From Gemmatimonadota bacterium (GTDB lineage: Bacteria; Gemmatimonadota; Gemmatimonadetes; Gemmatimonadales; GWC2-71-9), in the NCBI GenBank assembly GCA_041499375.1, contig JBGQKD010000002.1, positions 9,880-73,879 of the forward strand: a stretch of 64,000 nucleotides of DNA, in the 5' to 3' direction. This document shows, piece after piece, positions 1 through 10,435 of the stretch. The position numbers and the translations under genes were made by a program. The notes beneath the pieces were generated by a model. That model worked only from the letters and a program-made list of their open reading frames with translations, was not told the DNA's origin and did not search any database. Positions within the stretch are counted from its first letter, which is position 1, and each line of letters opens with the position of its first letter.

Positions 1-46
1 CGCTGATTCACTGAGTGGTAGCTTCCCCAAGAGGAGTGGCCACCAA

Positions 47-904
47 ATGCAATTGAATACGGCGAGGCGTGCATCATTTGACGAGGGATCTCTGGATCAG
101 TATCTGCGGGAAATCAGTCAGTATCCGCTGATCACGCGAGAAGAAGAGGTCACCCTCGCGCAGCGGATCAAGCAACAGGATCCGGAGGCGCTCGACAAGC
201 TCGTGCGCTCCAACCTGCGCTTCGTCGTCTCGGTTGCCAAGAAATATCAGAACCAGGGCGTCTCACTCTCCGACTTGATCAACGAGGGCAACCTCGGCCT
301 GATCCGCGCGGCGCACAAATTCGACGAGACCAAAGGCATCAAGTTCATCTCGTACGCGGTGTGGTGGATCCGCCAGGCGATCCTGCAGGCGCTCGCCGAA
401 CAATCGCGCATCGTGCGCGTGCCGCTGAATCGCGCCGGCACGCTCCATCGCATCGGCAAACGTTCGGCGTCGCTGCTCCAGGAGCTCGGCCGCGAGCCGA
501 CCGTCGAAGAGATCGCCGAGGGGATGGACATCTCGGAGGAAGAAGTCGCCAAGACGCTGTCGATCTCGCAGGCGCATCTGTCGCTCGACGCGCCGCTCAC
601 CCCGGGCGAAGACAACAAGCTGCTCGACTACCTGCCCGACACGACGAATCCGGGCCCCGACGACGAGATCTTCGAGCACGCGCTGACGGAATCGATCGAG
701 TCGGTGCTGGCGACGCTGAAGGAGCGCGAGGCCAGGATCTTGCGGCTGTACTTCGGGCTCGAAGGCCAGGAACCGATGACGCTCGAGGAAATTGGCTCGC
801 AGCTCGGCATCACCCGCGAGCGCGTTCGCCAATTGAAGGAAAAGGCCCTTGCCCGGCTGCGGCACGTCTCCCGGGCGCGGGCGCTGGAAAGCTTCCTGTC
901 CTAG
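47..904 (+). CDS. rpoD: RNA polymerase sigma-70 family factor, short primary-like type (285 aa, no region 1.1)
   Basis: Region 2 reads LINEGNLGLIRAAHKFDETKGIKFISYAVWWIRQAI. The region 4.2 HTH reads EIGSQLGITRERVRQLKEKAL. A GAGGAG Shine-Dalgarno at 31-36 lies 10 nt upstream of ATG 47. Confidence 0.9.
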   Translation: MQLNTARRASFDEGSLDQYLREISQYPLITREEEVTLAQRIKQQDPEALDKLVRSNLRFVVSVAKKYQNQGVSLSDLINEGNLGLIRAAHKFDETKGIKFISYAVWWIRQAILQALAEQSRIVRVPLNRAGTLHRIGKRSASLLQELGREPTVEEIAEGMDISEEEVAKTLSISQAHLSLDAPLTPGEDNKLLDYLPDTTNPGPDDEIFEHALTESIESVLATLKEREARILRLYFGLEGQEPMTLEEIGSQLGITRERVRQLKEKALARLRHVSRARALESFLS

Positions 905-931
905 GGTCGGGGCGGGTAGATTACCCGCCCT

Positions 932-1441
932 ATGGCTTCCACCGCATCGTTCGACGTTTCCACCGGCGCCGACCTGCAAGAGGTCGATAACGCCGTCAAT
1001 CAGGCACAGAAAGAGATCATCCAGCGCTACGACTTCAAAGGATCGAAGGCGTCGCTCGCGTTCGATCGCGCCAAGGCGACCCTCACCTTGGTCGCCGACG
1101 ATGACTTCAAGATGAAAGCGCTGTTCGACGTGCTGCAGTCGAAGATGATCAAGCGCGGCGTCCCCGTAAAAAACATGGAGCTCGGCGCGATCACGCCGGC
1201 GGCGAACGACACCGTGCGGCGCGAGATCAAGCTCACGCAGGGGATCCCCCAGGAAAAAGCCAAGGCGATCGTGAAGGCCATCAAGGACAAGAAATTCAAA
1301 AAGGCTCAAGGATCGATCCAGGGCGAAGAGATTCGCGTTTCGGCCCCGTCGAAGGACGAGCTGCAGGAGGTCATCGCCTTTCTCCGCGCGCAGGACTTCG
1401 GCATCGAGCTCAAGTTCGGGAACTACCGGGGGGGCGGATGA
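932..1441 (+). CDS. yajQ: YajQ family nucleotide/cyclic-di-GMP-binding protein (UPF0234)
   Basis: The 169-aa protein shows full-length family resemblance (FDVSTGADLQEVDNAVNQAQKEIIQRYDFKGS ... IELKFGNYR). Its stop overlaps the rimO start (ATGA at 1438-1441). Confidence 0.9.
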   Translation: MASTASFDVSTGADLQEVDNAVNQAQKEIIQRYDFKGSKASLAFDRAKATLTLVADDDFKMKALFDVLQSKMIKRGVPVKNMELGAITPAANDTVRREIKLTQGIPQEKAKAIVKAIKDKKFKKAQGSIQGEEIRVSAPSKDELQEVIAFLRAQDFGIELKFGNYRGGG

Positions 1442-2748
1442 AGCTCGGCGTCATCTCCCTCGGCTGCGACAAAGCGACGGTCGACTCGGAGCGGCTCGTG
1501 GGCGAGCTGGTGGGGCACGGTGCGGTCGTCACGCCCGACCTTCCGGGTGCCGACGTCATTCTGGTCAACACCTGCGGCTTCATCGACGCGGCCAAACAGG
1601 AGTCGATCGATGCAATGCTCGAAGCCGCCAGGCTGAAGGAAGGCGGCGTGAAGGCGGTCGTGGCGGTCGGGTGTCTCATTCAGCGATACAAGCAGGAGCT
1701 GCAGCAGGAGATTCCCGAGGTCGACCTTTTTCTTGGTTTCTCCGAGCTACACCATTTGATACCAGAGCTTGCCCAGCGGGGTCTGATCGCCGATCCGGTC
1801 GCCGCGCATCCCGGCGTCCGGCAATTCCTCGGCGACCAGCCGCATGTGCGATACCTGAAGATTTCGGAAGGCTGCGATCACACCTGCGCCTTCTGCGCCA
1901 TTCCGCTGATGCGCGGGAAGCATCGCTCCGAGCCGCTCGCCCGGCTCGTGCGCGAAGCGCAGCAGCTCGAGGCGCAGGGTGCAAAAGAGATCAACCTCGT
2001 CGCGCAGGACCTGGGGCATTGGGGTAGGGACTTGGGGTTGGGGGGGGGGGGGCCCAAGCTGCCCGATTTGCTCGAAGCGCTGCTGCGCGAGACCTCGGTG
2101 CCGTGGTTCCGTCTCCTGTACGTCTATTCCGCCGGGATCAACGAGCGCTTGGTGGAGCTGATGGCCCGTGAATCGCGCATCGTTCCCTACATCGATATGC
2201 CGATCCAGCATGCGACCGATCGCATGCTCGAGCGGATGCGGCGCCCGGAACGGCTACGCACCTTGCGGGAGAAGCTCGCCTGGCTGCGCGGCGCCATCCC
2301 CGACCTGGCGATCCGTACGACGTGCCTCGTGGGCTTCCCGGGCGAGACCGACGACGACTTCCGGGCGTTACTCGCCTTCCTCGAGGAGGCGCAATTCGAT
2401 CGCATGGGTGCATTCTCGTACTCGCCGCAGGAAGGCACGCGGGCGATGCAATATGAAGACGACGTAGAAGAAGGCGTCAAGCGAGATCGTCTAGAAGAGA
2501 TCGTCGAGGTACAGCGTGCGATCTCGGCGGAACGGCTGGAGCGTTTTGTGGGACGTGAGGTGGACGTGCTCGTGGACCGGCTGGAAGAGGAGGAAGGGAT
2601 CAAGGTCGGGCGAGTGCAGTGGCAGGCGGATGATGTCGACGGCGTCACGTATCTGGAGCAGGGCGGCTGGACACAGCCCGGCGGCTTCGTGCGGGCGCGG
2701 ATCACGGCCAGCGAAGACTACGATTTCCAGGCGGCCGCGCTGACGTGA
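1438..2748 (+). CDS. rimO: Ribosomal protein S12 methylthiotransferase RimO
   Basis: N-terminal MTTase domain ([13 protein letters not shown]), radical-SAM CxxxCxxC motif ([11 protein letters not shown]) and a C-terminal TRAM-like region. The gene contains the G13 tract at 2040-2052. Confidence 0.95.
   Translation: MKLGVISLGCDKATVDSERLVGELVGHGAVVTPDLPGADVILVNTCGFIDAAKQESIDAMLEAARLKEGGVKAVVAVGCLIQRYKQELQQEIPEVDLFLGFSELHHLIPELAQRGLIADPVAAHPGVRQFLGDQPHVRYLKISEGCDHTCAFCAIPLMRGKHRSEPLARLVREAQQLEAQGAKEINLVAQDLGHWGRDLGLGGGGPKLPDLLEALLRETSVPWFRLLYVYSAGINERLVELMARESRIVPYIDMPIQHATDRMLERMRRPERLRTLREKLAWLRGAIPDLAIRTTCLVGFPGETDDDFRALLAFLEEAQFDRMGAFSYSPQEGTRAMQYEDDVEEGVKRDRLEEIVEVQRAISAERLERFVGREVDVLVDRLEEEEGIKVGRVQWQADDVDGVTYLEQGGWTQPGGFVRARITASEDYDFQAAALT
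2013..2052 (+). repeat. G-quadruplex-type G-tract cluster ending in a G13 homopolymer, inside rimO
   Basis: GGGGcattGGGGtaGGGacttGGGGttGGGGGGGGGGGGG. The G-runs lie at 2013-2016, 2021-2024, 2027-2029, 2034-2037 and 2040-2052 on the sense strand. Confidence 0.6.
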
Positions 2749-4031
2749 CCCGATCGAGCGAGCTTTTCAACCGGGCGAAACGGGTGTTGCCCGGTGGCGT
2801 GAACTCACCCGTGCGGGCGTTCCGGGCAGTCGGCGGGACGCCTTTTTTCGTGGCTCACGGTCACGGATCCAGCCTCGCCGACGTCGACGGTGAGGAGTAC
2901 CTGGATTACGTGTGCTCCTGGGGTGCCCTCATCCTGGGGCACGCGCACCCCGTCGTCCTCGATGCGGTCCGTGCGGCGGCCGGACGGGGATGGACGTACG
3001 GCGCTCCCTGCGAGGCCGAAGTCGATCTCGCGGAGGAAGTGCGGCAGCGCATGCCGAGCCTCGAGATGATGCGGTTCGTGAACAGCGGCACCGAAGCGAC
3101 GATGGCCGCGGTCCGGCTGGCGCGCGCGGCGACGGGCCGCGACATCATCGTCAAGTTCGAGGGCTGTTACCACGGTCACGCGGACAGCTTTCTCGTCAAG
3201 GCGGGATCCGGCGTCGCGACGCTCGGTCTGCCGGACAGTCCCGGCGTCCCCGCGGCACTGGCGGGCCTCACGCTGACCGCGCCGTTCAACGATGCGCGGT
3301 CCGTTGCCGACCTGTTTCGCGAACATGCCGATCGGATCGCCGCCGTCATCGTCGAGCCGTACGTCGGCAACGCGGGCTTCATCCCGCCCGAGTCCGACTT
3401 TCATCCGGCATTGCGTTCGTTGTGTGACCGGCACGGCGCACTGCTGATCTTTGATGAAGTGATGACCGGATTTCGTGTAGCGGCGGGAGGGGCGCAGGAA
3501 CGTCTCGGCGTCAAGCCAGATCTCACGACGTTGGGCAAGATCGTCGGCGGCGGACTCCCGGTTGGGGTGTACGGGGGCCGCGCCGACCTGATGAAACGCG
3601 TCGCGCCCGAGGGCCCGGTCTACCAGGCGGGCACGCTGTCGGGCAATCCCGTGGCGATGGCGGCGGGACTCGCGACGCTCCGAGAGACGAGCAAGCCCGG
3701 GTTCTACGAGACGTTGAACCGGCGCACCGACCGGTTGGTGAGCGGGCTCCAACACGCTGCCCGCCGCAACGGTGTCGCGGTGACCACGGGTCACGCCGGA
3801 TCGATGTGGGGTCTCTATTTCACGCCTGGTCCCGTGCGCAGCTACGCGGATGCCCGGCAGTCCGACACCGCGTTGTTCGCGCGCTGGCACAAGGCCGCGC
3901 TCGCTCGCGGCGTGTTCCTCGCGCCGTCGGCGTTCGAGGCGGGCTTCGTCTCGGCGGCGCACTCCGACGCCGATATCGATTTCACCATCGAGCAGCTCGA
4001 TGCGGCGCTGGCCGAAGCGCGCGCTCGCTAG
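2745..4031 (+). CDS. hemL: Glutamate-1-semialdehyde 2,1-aminomutase
   Basis: Class-III aminotransferase pattern with [19 protein letters not shown] and [17 protein letters not shown] overlap joins it to the rimO stop at 2745-2748. Confidence 0.95.
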   Translation: MTRSSELFNRAKRVLPGGVNSPVRAFRAVGGTPFFVAHGHGSSLADVDGEEYLDYVCSWGALILGHAHPVVLDAVRAAAGRGWTYGAPCEAEVDLAEEVRQRMPSLEMMRFVNSGTEATMAAVRLARAATGRDIIVKFEGCYHGHADSFLVKAGSGVATLGLPDSPGVPAALAGLTLTAPFNDARSVADLFREHADRIAAVIVEPYVGNAGFIPPESDFHPALRSLCDRHGALLIFDEVMTGFRVAAGGAQERLGVKPDLTTLGKIVGGGLPVGVYGGRADLMKRVAPEGPVYQAGTLSGNPVAMAAGLATLRETSKPGFYETLNRRTDRLVSGLQHAARRNGVAVTTGHAGSMWGLYFTPGPVRSYADARQSDTALFARWHKAALARGVFLAPSAFEAGFVSAAHSDADIDFTIEQLDAALAEARAR

Positions 4032-5271
4032 CGTCGCGCTGCTGGCGACGGCCGCGTGCCCGCGTCCGTCGCGCGCTCCCCAGCCCGCGGTGGCGGGTGA
4101 GCCCGAGCTGCGGATCGGTCTCGCGGTGGGGCTGCCGAATGCCTCGATCGGTGGGCCCGAAAGCGGCGAGCTGTTCGTCAGCGAGGCGGCGAGCGGCTTG
4201 CCGGTGGGATCGATCCCGGCCGGCGTCCGCTGGGTCGTCTTCCCCGATTCGGCTGATCCCTCCCGCCTCCGCCTGGTGAAGCCCGACAGCACGCGCTCCG
4301 ACGCGCTGCGCGGCATCGCGGTCGTGAACGTGACCGAGAACCGGTTCGTGGTGGCGAACGGCCGGCGCTACCGCGGGCGCATCAACGTCACATCGGGCCG
4401 CGGCGGACTCGCCGTCGTGAATCGCGTCAACGTCGAGAGCTACATCGCCGGCGTCGTCCCGCCAGAGATCGGCGCGCGCCGGCCCGACGAGGTCGCCGCC
4501 GTGCTCGCCCAGGCCGTCGTGTCGCGCAGCTTCGCGATCAAGAATCGGGGCCGCTGGGATGCGTTTGGATTCGACGCATATGCCGATACGCGCGATCAGG
4601 TGTATCTCGGCGTCGCCGTGGAAACCGATCAGGCGTGGGACGCGGTCCGCCGGACCGCGGGACAGGTGTTGGAGTATGACGGTGACGTGATCGACGCCTA
4701 TTTCCACTCGACGTGCGGCTTCAGCACTGCCGGTGTGGAAGAAGCGTTCGCTGCCGCGCGCACGCGTCCCTATCTGCGACCGGTATCCGACGAACGGGGG
4801 GGGGGCGGCGGACACTACTACTGCGACATTTCACCACGCTTTCGCTGGCGCGAAGAATGGGACGGCTCCAAGCTGCGCGCTATATTGTCGCGAACGCTGC
4901 CCACCGTCACGCCGCTTTCCGGTGACGGGCTGCAGCGGATCATCGACGTCACGGTGAGCCGCACGACACGCTCTGGCCGCGTCGGCGAGCTGCGGATCGT
5001 GTTCGAGCGTGGCGACATTCGGATTCCGGGACCCGAGGTGCGCGCGGTGCTGCGCCCGGAAGCGGATCGCCTGCTCTCGAGCGCCGCGTTTCAACTCACG
5101 GTGACGAAGGCCAACGGCGAGGTGACACGCGTCGTGGCCGCCGGGGCAGGCTCCGGACATGCGGTGGGGATGTGCCAGTGGGGAGCGATTGGCCGCGCGC
5201 GCGCTGGGCAGGACTATCGCGCAATTCTGACGACGTACTTTCCGGGGACGAAAATTGAGAGGCTCTACTAG
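4000..5271 (+). CDS. SpoIID/LytB domain-containing lipoprotein
   Basis: ATG 4000 gives a lipoprotein-type signal, [20 protein letters not shown]. SpoIID motifs [12 protein letters not shown] and [11 protein letters not shown] are present. The track start at 3850 lies inside hemL and was rejected. Confidence 0.85.
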   Translation: MRRWPKRALASVALLATAACPRPSRAPQPAVAGEPELRIGLAVGLPNASIGGPESGELFVSEAASGLPVGSIPAGVRWVVFPDSADPSRLRLVKPDSTRSDALRGIAVVNVTENRFVVANGRRYRGRINVTSGRGGLAVVNRVNVESYIAGVVPPEIGARRPDEVAAVLAQAVVSRSFAIKNRGRWDAFGFDAYADTRDQVYLGVAVETDQAWDAVRRTAGQVLEYDGDVIDAYFHSTCGFSTAGVEEAFAAARTRPYLRPVSDERGGGGGHYYCDISPRFRWREEWDGSKLRAILSRTLPTVTPLSGDGLQRIIDVTVSRTTRSGRVGELRIVFERGDIRIPGPEVRAVLRPEADRLLSSAAFQLTVTKANGEVTRVVAAGAGSGHAVGMCQWGAIGRARAGQDYRAILTTYFPGTKIERLY

Positions 5272-5929
5272 ACTCGCGTTGATGCTGTTGGCCGCTGGGC
5301 CGTCCGGCCGTCTGGCCGCCCAGGGTGTCTTGAACCAGTTCTCCTACGACAATCTCCGCCTCTCCGGCATCCAGCTCGACGCCGGACTCCTCGGGGCGTC
5401 GGACCTCAGGGGGGCAACGGTCGGTGGACTGCGCCTCGACTATGGCCGCATCGCGCCGAAGGTGCGGCTCCTGCTCGGTCTGTCGTACTTCCACTCGCGA
5501 TTCGATCAGCAGGCGCTGCAGCGGTTCGAGCGGCGGCTCGACAGCATCGTAAATCCGGGCACTCCCGATAACATCAATCTTGGCCGGATCTCGCTCAGCG
5601 ACATCATCGGCGACATCGATTTCCAGTTCGTCTTCCCCCAGGGCCACGGCGTCACGGCCTATCTCGGTACCGGCATAAGTATTCATGCGCGCAACGGCAG
5701 CGGCGCGGCGATCAACGGTACGTTCATGGAGGATGCCCTCGACGTCATCACGGCGGGGCTGAACGGCACGATGGGATTCGAGTTCAATCTCTCTCACGCC
5801 TGGCGCTTCACCGTGGACGGACGTGGCGTGCTGTCGAGCGGGCTGAGAAGCGTCAGTCTCCGGACGGGCATCATGTATCGGTTCAAAGCGAGCAGGGACC
5901 AGGGAGCGGGAAGCAAAGGACCGAAGTGA
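5255..5929 (+). CDS. Hypothetical outer-membrane beta-barrel protein
   Basis: TTG start. Signal peptide [23 protein letters not shown], alternating hydrophobic beta-strand pattern and a near-terminal aromatic strand (RTGIMYRF). No enzymatic motif is present. Confidence 0.5.
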   Translation: MRGSTRLALMLLAAGPSGRLAAQGVLNQFSYDNLRLSGIQLDAGLLGASDLRGATVGGLRLDYGRIAPKVRLLLGLSYFHSRFDQQALQRFERRLDSIVNPGTPDNINLGRISLSDIIGDIDFQFVFPQGHGVTAYLGTGISIHARNGSGAAINGTFMEDALDVITAGLNGTMGFEFNLSHAWRFTVDGRGVLSSGLRSVSLRTGIMYRFKASRDQGAGSKGPK

Positions 5930-6933
5930 ACGACCCCATTCGCGTCGGGGTGCTCGGAGCTGGCGCGATCGCGCAAGTCGCGCATTTGCCGGTGCTCAGG
6001 CGGCTCCCCGGCGTCGAGGTGGTCGCGATCTGCGACAACGACGTCGGGAAGGCGCAGGCCCTCGCTGCCCGCTTCGAGGTGAAGGACACCTACGACGACA
6101 TCGAAGAAGTCCTCCGGTACGCCAACGTGGACGTCGTCGTCATCTGCACGCCCAATCACCTGCACGAGATCCACGTCACGTCGGCGCTCGCGGCTGGTGC
6201 GCACGTGTTGTGCGAGCGGCCGCTCGCCTTGACGCTCGCCGGCGTGGAGCGCGCCCTCGCGGCGAGCGACAAGTACGGCAAGCGCGTGATGGTCGGCATG
6301 AATCACCGCTTTCGCTCCGACGTGCAGGCGGTGCGCGGCTTTCTCGCCGGCGGTGACCTCGGCGCCCTGCAGGCGGTGCGCGGCGGCTGGTACACGTTTC
6401 AGCCGAGCCGGCAGATGCTGGGGTGGCGGCTGCGGCGCGAGCAGGCAGGCGGCGGCGCGGTGCTCGATCTCGGTCTGCCGCTCATCGACCTGGGGCTGTG
6501 GCTCGCGGGCTGGCCGACGCCCAAGCGCATATCGGCGCATTTGACCCGGTCCGGGAAAGACGCGGTCGAGGACATGGGATCGGCGTTGATCGTGTGCGAA
6601 AACGGCGTGTCGATCACGGTCGATGTGAGCTGGCGCCACCTGGGCGAAGGGGAGCGGTTCTGGTTCGACATCGTCGGGGCGAAGGGCTCGGCGATGATCC
6701 AGCCGCTGCGGATCTTCAAGGAGCAGCACGGCGCCGCGGTCGACGTCACGCCGACTGGGGCCACGGGACGCGAAACGCAGTTCATTCAGTCGTATCGTGC
6801 CGAATGGATGTACTTCCTCGCGGTGATCAAGGGCGACGTGAATGCACCGCCGCCCCGCGATCAGCTCGCGCTGCAGCGCGTGCTCGATGCGATCTACCGC
6901 TCCGCTGACGAAGGGCGCGACGTCTTGCTGTGA
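5926..6933 (+). CDS. Gfo/Idh/MocA family NAD(P)-dependent oxidoreductase
   Basis: N-terminal Rossmann motif VGVLGAGAIAQVAHLP and the family core CTPNHLH...VLCERPLA. GTGA overlap with the upstream stop. Confidence 0.9.
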   Translation: MNDPIRVGVLGAGAIAQVAHLPVLRRLPGVEVVAICDNDVGKAQALAARFEVKDTYDDIEEVLRYANVDVVVICTPNHLHEIHVTSALAAGAHVLCERPLALTLAGVERALAASDKYGKRVMVGMNHRFRSDVQAVRGFLAGGDLGALQAVRGGWYTFQPSRQMLGWRLRREQAGGGAVLDLGLPLIDLGLWLAGWPTPKRISAHLTRSGKDAVEDMGSALIVCENGVSITVDVSWRHLGEGERFWFDIVGAKGSAMIQPLRIFKEQHGAAVDVTPTGATGRETQFIQSYRAEWMYFLAVIKGDVNAPPPRDQLALQRVLDAIYRSADEGRDVLL

Positions 6934-8474
6934 GCCGGCGTCAGGTCGCAGTGCTCGTCGGGTTGGGGGCGATCGCGCTCACCGCCAGCTATCCCCCGTT
7001 CCCGCTTCCTTTCCTCAGCTTCTTCGCGATCGCGCCCGCCGTCCTGCTCATCCGGCAGGCGGTGAGCGATGCCAATCCCCGCGCCGCCTTTCGCTGGGGC
7101 TGGTGGTACGGCCTCGTCAGCAACGCCCTTGTCCTCTACTGGATGATCGTCGCCCTGTGGCATTTCACGCCGCTCTCGGCGCTCGGCTATCTCGCGACGA
7201 TCGCGGTGCTCGGCTTACTCACGGGACTGATGTTCTGGTTCGTCGTCCGGATTCGATCGGCGGCGCCAGCCGTGCCGCTGATGCTCGTACTGCCGGTCGC
7301 CTGGACCGCGCTCGAATGGCTCATCGGCCATCTCGGCGACGGCCGCTTTCCCTGGCTGGGGCTCGGCACTTCGCTCGCCGATGCGCCGATCCTGGTGCAA
7401 TGGGCAGACATCGCCGGCGCCCGCGGCGTGACGCTGTGGCTGGCGTGGTGCAACGTCGCCCTCGTCGAAGCTGCAACGGACGAGCGTGGTACGAGGTACG
7501 TGGTGCGGGGATACGCGAGTGTGCTCGTGACGGTGTTGCTAGCCCTGGGATACGGGGCGTGGCGCGTGAAAACCCTTCCGTATCGCGAGCTGGGCGTCGC
7601 CGGATTGGTGCAGCCCAACGAGGGATTCCGCGAGAAATGGGATCCGGGGCATGCGGATAGCGTCGTCGGCACGCTGATCGATGGATCGCGACGCCTGGCC
7701 GCCGAGTTTCCGCGGCCGCAGCTGATCATATGGCCGGAAGCGGCGATTCCCGACTTTCTGTGGCGGCGGCCGCAATGGGAAGCGAAGATCATTGCGCTGG
7801 TGCGGGAAACGCACATTCCGATCCTCACGGGAGTCGTGTGGGCCGATTCGACCTATCGGAGCCGGCTCGATCCGTACTACAACGCGGCCTTGTTCATCGA
7901 CTCCACCGGGGAATGGCGTAAGTACCCGGTGTACGCCAAACATTATCTCGTGCCGGTCACGGAGCGCGTGCCCTTCGTCCCAGTCGGTGTGTTCCGCGCC
8001 ATTCCGGGCCTTCGGAATTGGTCCGGTGGCTTCACGCCAGGCCGCGATCTGCCGCTCTACAAAACCGCACTTGGTCAGTTTGGCGTGATCGTCTGCTATG
8101 AGTCGGCATTCGAGGACCTGCCGCGGAAGTATCGCGCGCTCGGCGCCAACTTCCTGTTGAACATCACCAACGACGCGTGGTTTGGGCGCACCAGCGCGCC
8201 GCGACAACATGCGTCGCATCTGATCATGCGCGCGATCGAGACGCGCATGGGCGTGGCGCGCGCGGCCAACTCCGGGATCTCGGAATTCGTAGATCCCATG
8301 GGCCGCACGTATGCAGCCACAAAGCTCGATGAGAAGACCTACGTCTCCGGCGTAATCCGCACCACCGACGTGATTCCACTGTATGTCCGTCTCGGCGATT
8401 GGGTGGGGCTGCTGGTAGTGGTGCTCACGCTTACCGGCATCGTCTTGCTCGTGAAGCGTCGTCTCCGCCCATGA
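6930..8474 (+). CDS. lnt: Apolipoprotein N-acyltransferase
   Basis: Polytopic N-terminal membrane region followed by a CN-hydrolase domain. Motifs include IIWPEAA, the catalytic Cys in VIVCYESAF, and NITNDAWFG. Confidence 0.9.
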   Translation: MSRRQVAVLVGLGAIALTASYPPFPLPFLSFFAIAPAVLLIRQAVSDANPRAAFRWGWWYGLVSNALVLYWMIVALWHFTPLSALGYLATIAVLGLLTGLMFWFVVRIRSAAPAVPLMLVLPVAWTALEWLIGHLGDGRFPWLGLGTSLADAPILVQWADIAGARGVTLWLAWCNVALVEAATDERGTRYVVRGYASVLVTVLLALGYGAWRVKTLPYRELGVAGLVQPNEGFREKWDPGHADSVVGTLIDGSRRLAAEFPRPQLIIWPEAAIPDFLWRRPQWEAKIIALVRETHIPILTGVVWADSTYRSRLDPYYNAALFIDSTGEWRKYPVYAKHYLVPVTERVPFVPVGVFRAIPGLRNWSGGFTPGRDLPLYKTALGQFGVIVCYESAFEDLPRKYRALGANFLLNITNDAWFGRTSAPRQHASHLIMRAIETRMGVARAANSGISEFVDPMGRTYAATKLDEKTYVSGVIRTTDVIPLYVRLGDWVGLLVVVLTLTGIVLLVKRRLRP

Positions 8475-10435
8475 CGCGCGTCGGCGTCGACGTCGGCGGG
8501 ACGTTCACCGATCTCGTCGCTGTCCGGCCCGATGGCGTTCTCGAAATCCGCAAAGTGGGCACGACGCCGCAGGACCCGTCTCTCGGGTTGCTCCGCGCGC
8601 TCGAGGCGCTCGGAACGGACGGCATCGATGTCCTGGTGCATGGGACTACGGTCGCGACCAACGCGCTCCTCGAGCGGCGCGGTGCGCGGGTCGTATTGGT
8701 CACCACCGCCGGCTTCGAGGATCTCCTGTGGCTGCGCCGCCAGGATCGGGCGGCGCTCTACGATCTCGCCAAAGCCCATCCCGAACCGCTCGTTGCCCGC
8801 CGAGACGTAATCGGCGTCGGCGAGCGCATGGGACCGGACGGGGCAGTCGCGGCGCTCGCGGAAAGCGAGGTGTCACGCGTGACGGCGCTGGCGCGCACGC
8901 TTGCGCCCGAGTCCGTCGCCATCGCGTTGCTGTTTGCGTTTCGCCATCCCGCGCATGAGCGCCGTCTCGCGGCGGCGCTGCGCGCCGCCCTGCCGAACGT
9001 TCCGGTCACCGCCAGTCATGAAGTCCTGCCGGTGTTTCGCGAATACGAGCGCACCAGTACGACCAGCGCCGAGGCGTACCTGAGGCCGAAAGTGGCCGCG
9101 TATCTGCAGAAGACCGCGACGATGACCGAGCGACGCGGCGTGAGGTCGCTGCGGATCATGACGTCCAGCGGAGGAACTCTGTCGCCCGAGCAGGCGGCGA
9201 ATCGGGCGGCTAGTCTGGCGCTGTCGGGTCCTGCCGGCGGCGTCGTAGGCGCCCGGCTCGTCGGTGCCGCCGTGGAAACCGACGATCTCCTCACGCTCGA
9301 TATGGGCGGCACGAGCGCCGATGCGAGCCTCATCAGCGCCGGCGTCGCGCTCACGGAAGGCGCCGAGTCGGTCGCGGGGGTGCCGCTCGCGCTGCCCGCC
9401 ATCCTGATCGAGACGGTAAGTGCCGGGGGCGGAAGCATCGCGGCAGTGGACGAGGGCGGCGCCCTTCGGGTCGGTCCCCGCAGTGCGGGCGCGGAGCCGG
9501 GTCCCGCGTGCTACGGACGCGGCGGCACGGAGCCGACCGTGACCGACGCCTGCCTCGTGCTCGGCTGGCTCGATCCCCAGTACCCGCTCGCGGATTCGGT
9601 CCGGCTCGACAGGGCGGCGGCCGAGCGTGCGCTGTCCACATTGCCGTTTTCTCACGACGTTTGCGAAATCGCCGCCGGGATAACCCAGGTCGCTACCGCG
9701 GTGATGGCGCGCGCGCTGAAGCGCGTCAGCGTGGCGCGCGGCATCGATCCGCGCGGCATGGCGTTGCTGCCGTTCGGCGGCGCCGGGCCCCTGTTCGGTT
9801 GTGCGCTGGCGGACGCCCTGGGAATGGCCCGAGTCGTGGTGCCCCCGCATCCGGGCGTGCTGAGCGCGTTGGGGCTCGCTGCCGCGCCCGAGCGCGTGGA
9901 CGTGCTGGCCTCGCTGCACCGCCCATTGGCAGATCTCGAGGGCAGCGAGCTCGCCGAGGCGTTTCAGCCGCTCGTCGCGGCGGCGGCTGCGGCACTGCCC
10001 GAGTCGGGCGTGACGCGCTTCGTCGATTGCCGATACCGGGGGCAGGGGTACGAGGTCACCGTTCCGGCGCCGCGCGACGATGCCTCGACGCTCGCGACCG
10101 CGTTCCGCGCCGCCCATCGCGCGCGGCACGGCTACGGAGAATCCGACCAACCGATCGAGCTCGTCAATCTGCGGGTGGTGGCCGAGCGCCCGGTCCGGGC
10201 GGCGCCGGTCGGCCGGCGTGCCGGAGTCGGTGTTCCGAGCGCGGGACGTCGCATGATCGTGACGCGCGACGGCAAGCGGGTCCGCGCCGATGTGTGGCCG
10301 CTGGGCGAGCTCCCCGCGGGACGCCAACTCAACGGCCCTGCGGTCCTCGCGGGTCCCGATGCCACCGGCCTGATCGAGCCGGGGTGGCGCGGCCTCGTGC
10401 ACGCATCCGGCGTCGTGATCCTGGAGCGGACGTGA
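8471..10435 (+). CDS. Hydantoinase/oxoprolinase family protein, A-type subunit
   Basis: Family N-terminus MTRVGVDVGGTFTD. ATG 8471 forms an ATGA overlap with the lnt stop. The track start at 8399 lies inside lnt. Confidence 0.9.
   Translation: MTRVGVDVGGTFTDLVAVRPDGVLEIRKVGTTPQDPSLGLLRALEALGTDGIDVLVHGTTVATNALLERRGARVVLVTTAGFEDLLWLRRQDRAALYDLAKAHPEPLVARRDVIGVGERMGPDGAVAALAESEVSRVTALARTLAPESVAIALLFAFRHPAHERRLAAALRAALPNVPVTASHEVLPVFREYERTSTTSAEAYLRPKVAAYLQKTATMTERRGVRSLRIMTSSGGTLSPEQAANRAASLALSGPAGGVVGARLVGAAVETDDLLTLDMGGTSADASLISAGVALTEGAESVAGVPLALPAILIETVSAGGGSIAAVDEGGALRVGPRSAGAEPGPACYGRGGTEPTVTDACLVLGWLDPQYPLADSVRLDRAAAERALSTLPFSHDVCEIAAGITQVATAVMARALKRVSVARGIDPRGMALLPFGGAGPLFGCALADALGMARVVVPPHPGVLSALGLAAAPERVDVLASLHRPLADLEGSELAEAFQPLVAAAAAALPESGVTRFVDCRYRGQGYEVTVPAPRDDASTLATAFRAAHRARHGYGESDQPIELVNLRVVAERPVRAAPVGRRAGVGVPSAGRRMIVTRDGKRVRADVWPLGELPAGRQLNGPAVLAGPDATGLIEPGWRGLVHASGVVILERT

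Noticed and set aside
263-1309. 348-aa minus-strand ORF antisense to the sigma factor and yajQ genes
   Set aside because: Its Arg/Ala/Gly/Leu-rich low-complexity translation is typical of off-frame ORFs in very high-GC DNA. It is fully overlapped by two genes with clear family motifs.
2805-4316. 503-aa minus-strand ORF antisense to hemL
   Set aside because: It has no recognisable motif and an extreme Arg/Ala/Pro composition. hemL on the opposite strand is unambiguous.
8873-10402. 509-aa minus-strand ORF antisense to the hydantoinase A gene
   Set aside because: Same GC-driven artefact pattern, and the plus-strand gene carries the family motifs.
9508-10431. 308-codon N-terminal extension of the hydantoinase B ORF in the track
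   Set aside because: The extension is Arg/Gly/Ala-rich, overlaps the A-subunit gene in another frame, and precedes a GTGA-overlapped GTG start (10432) that matches the family N-terminus.
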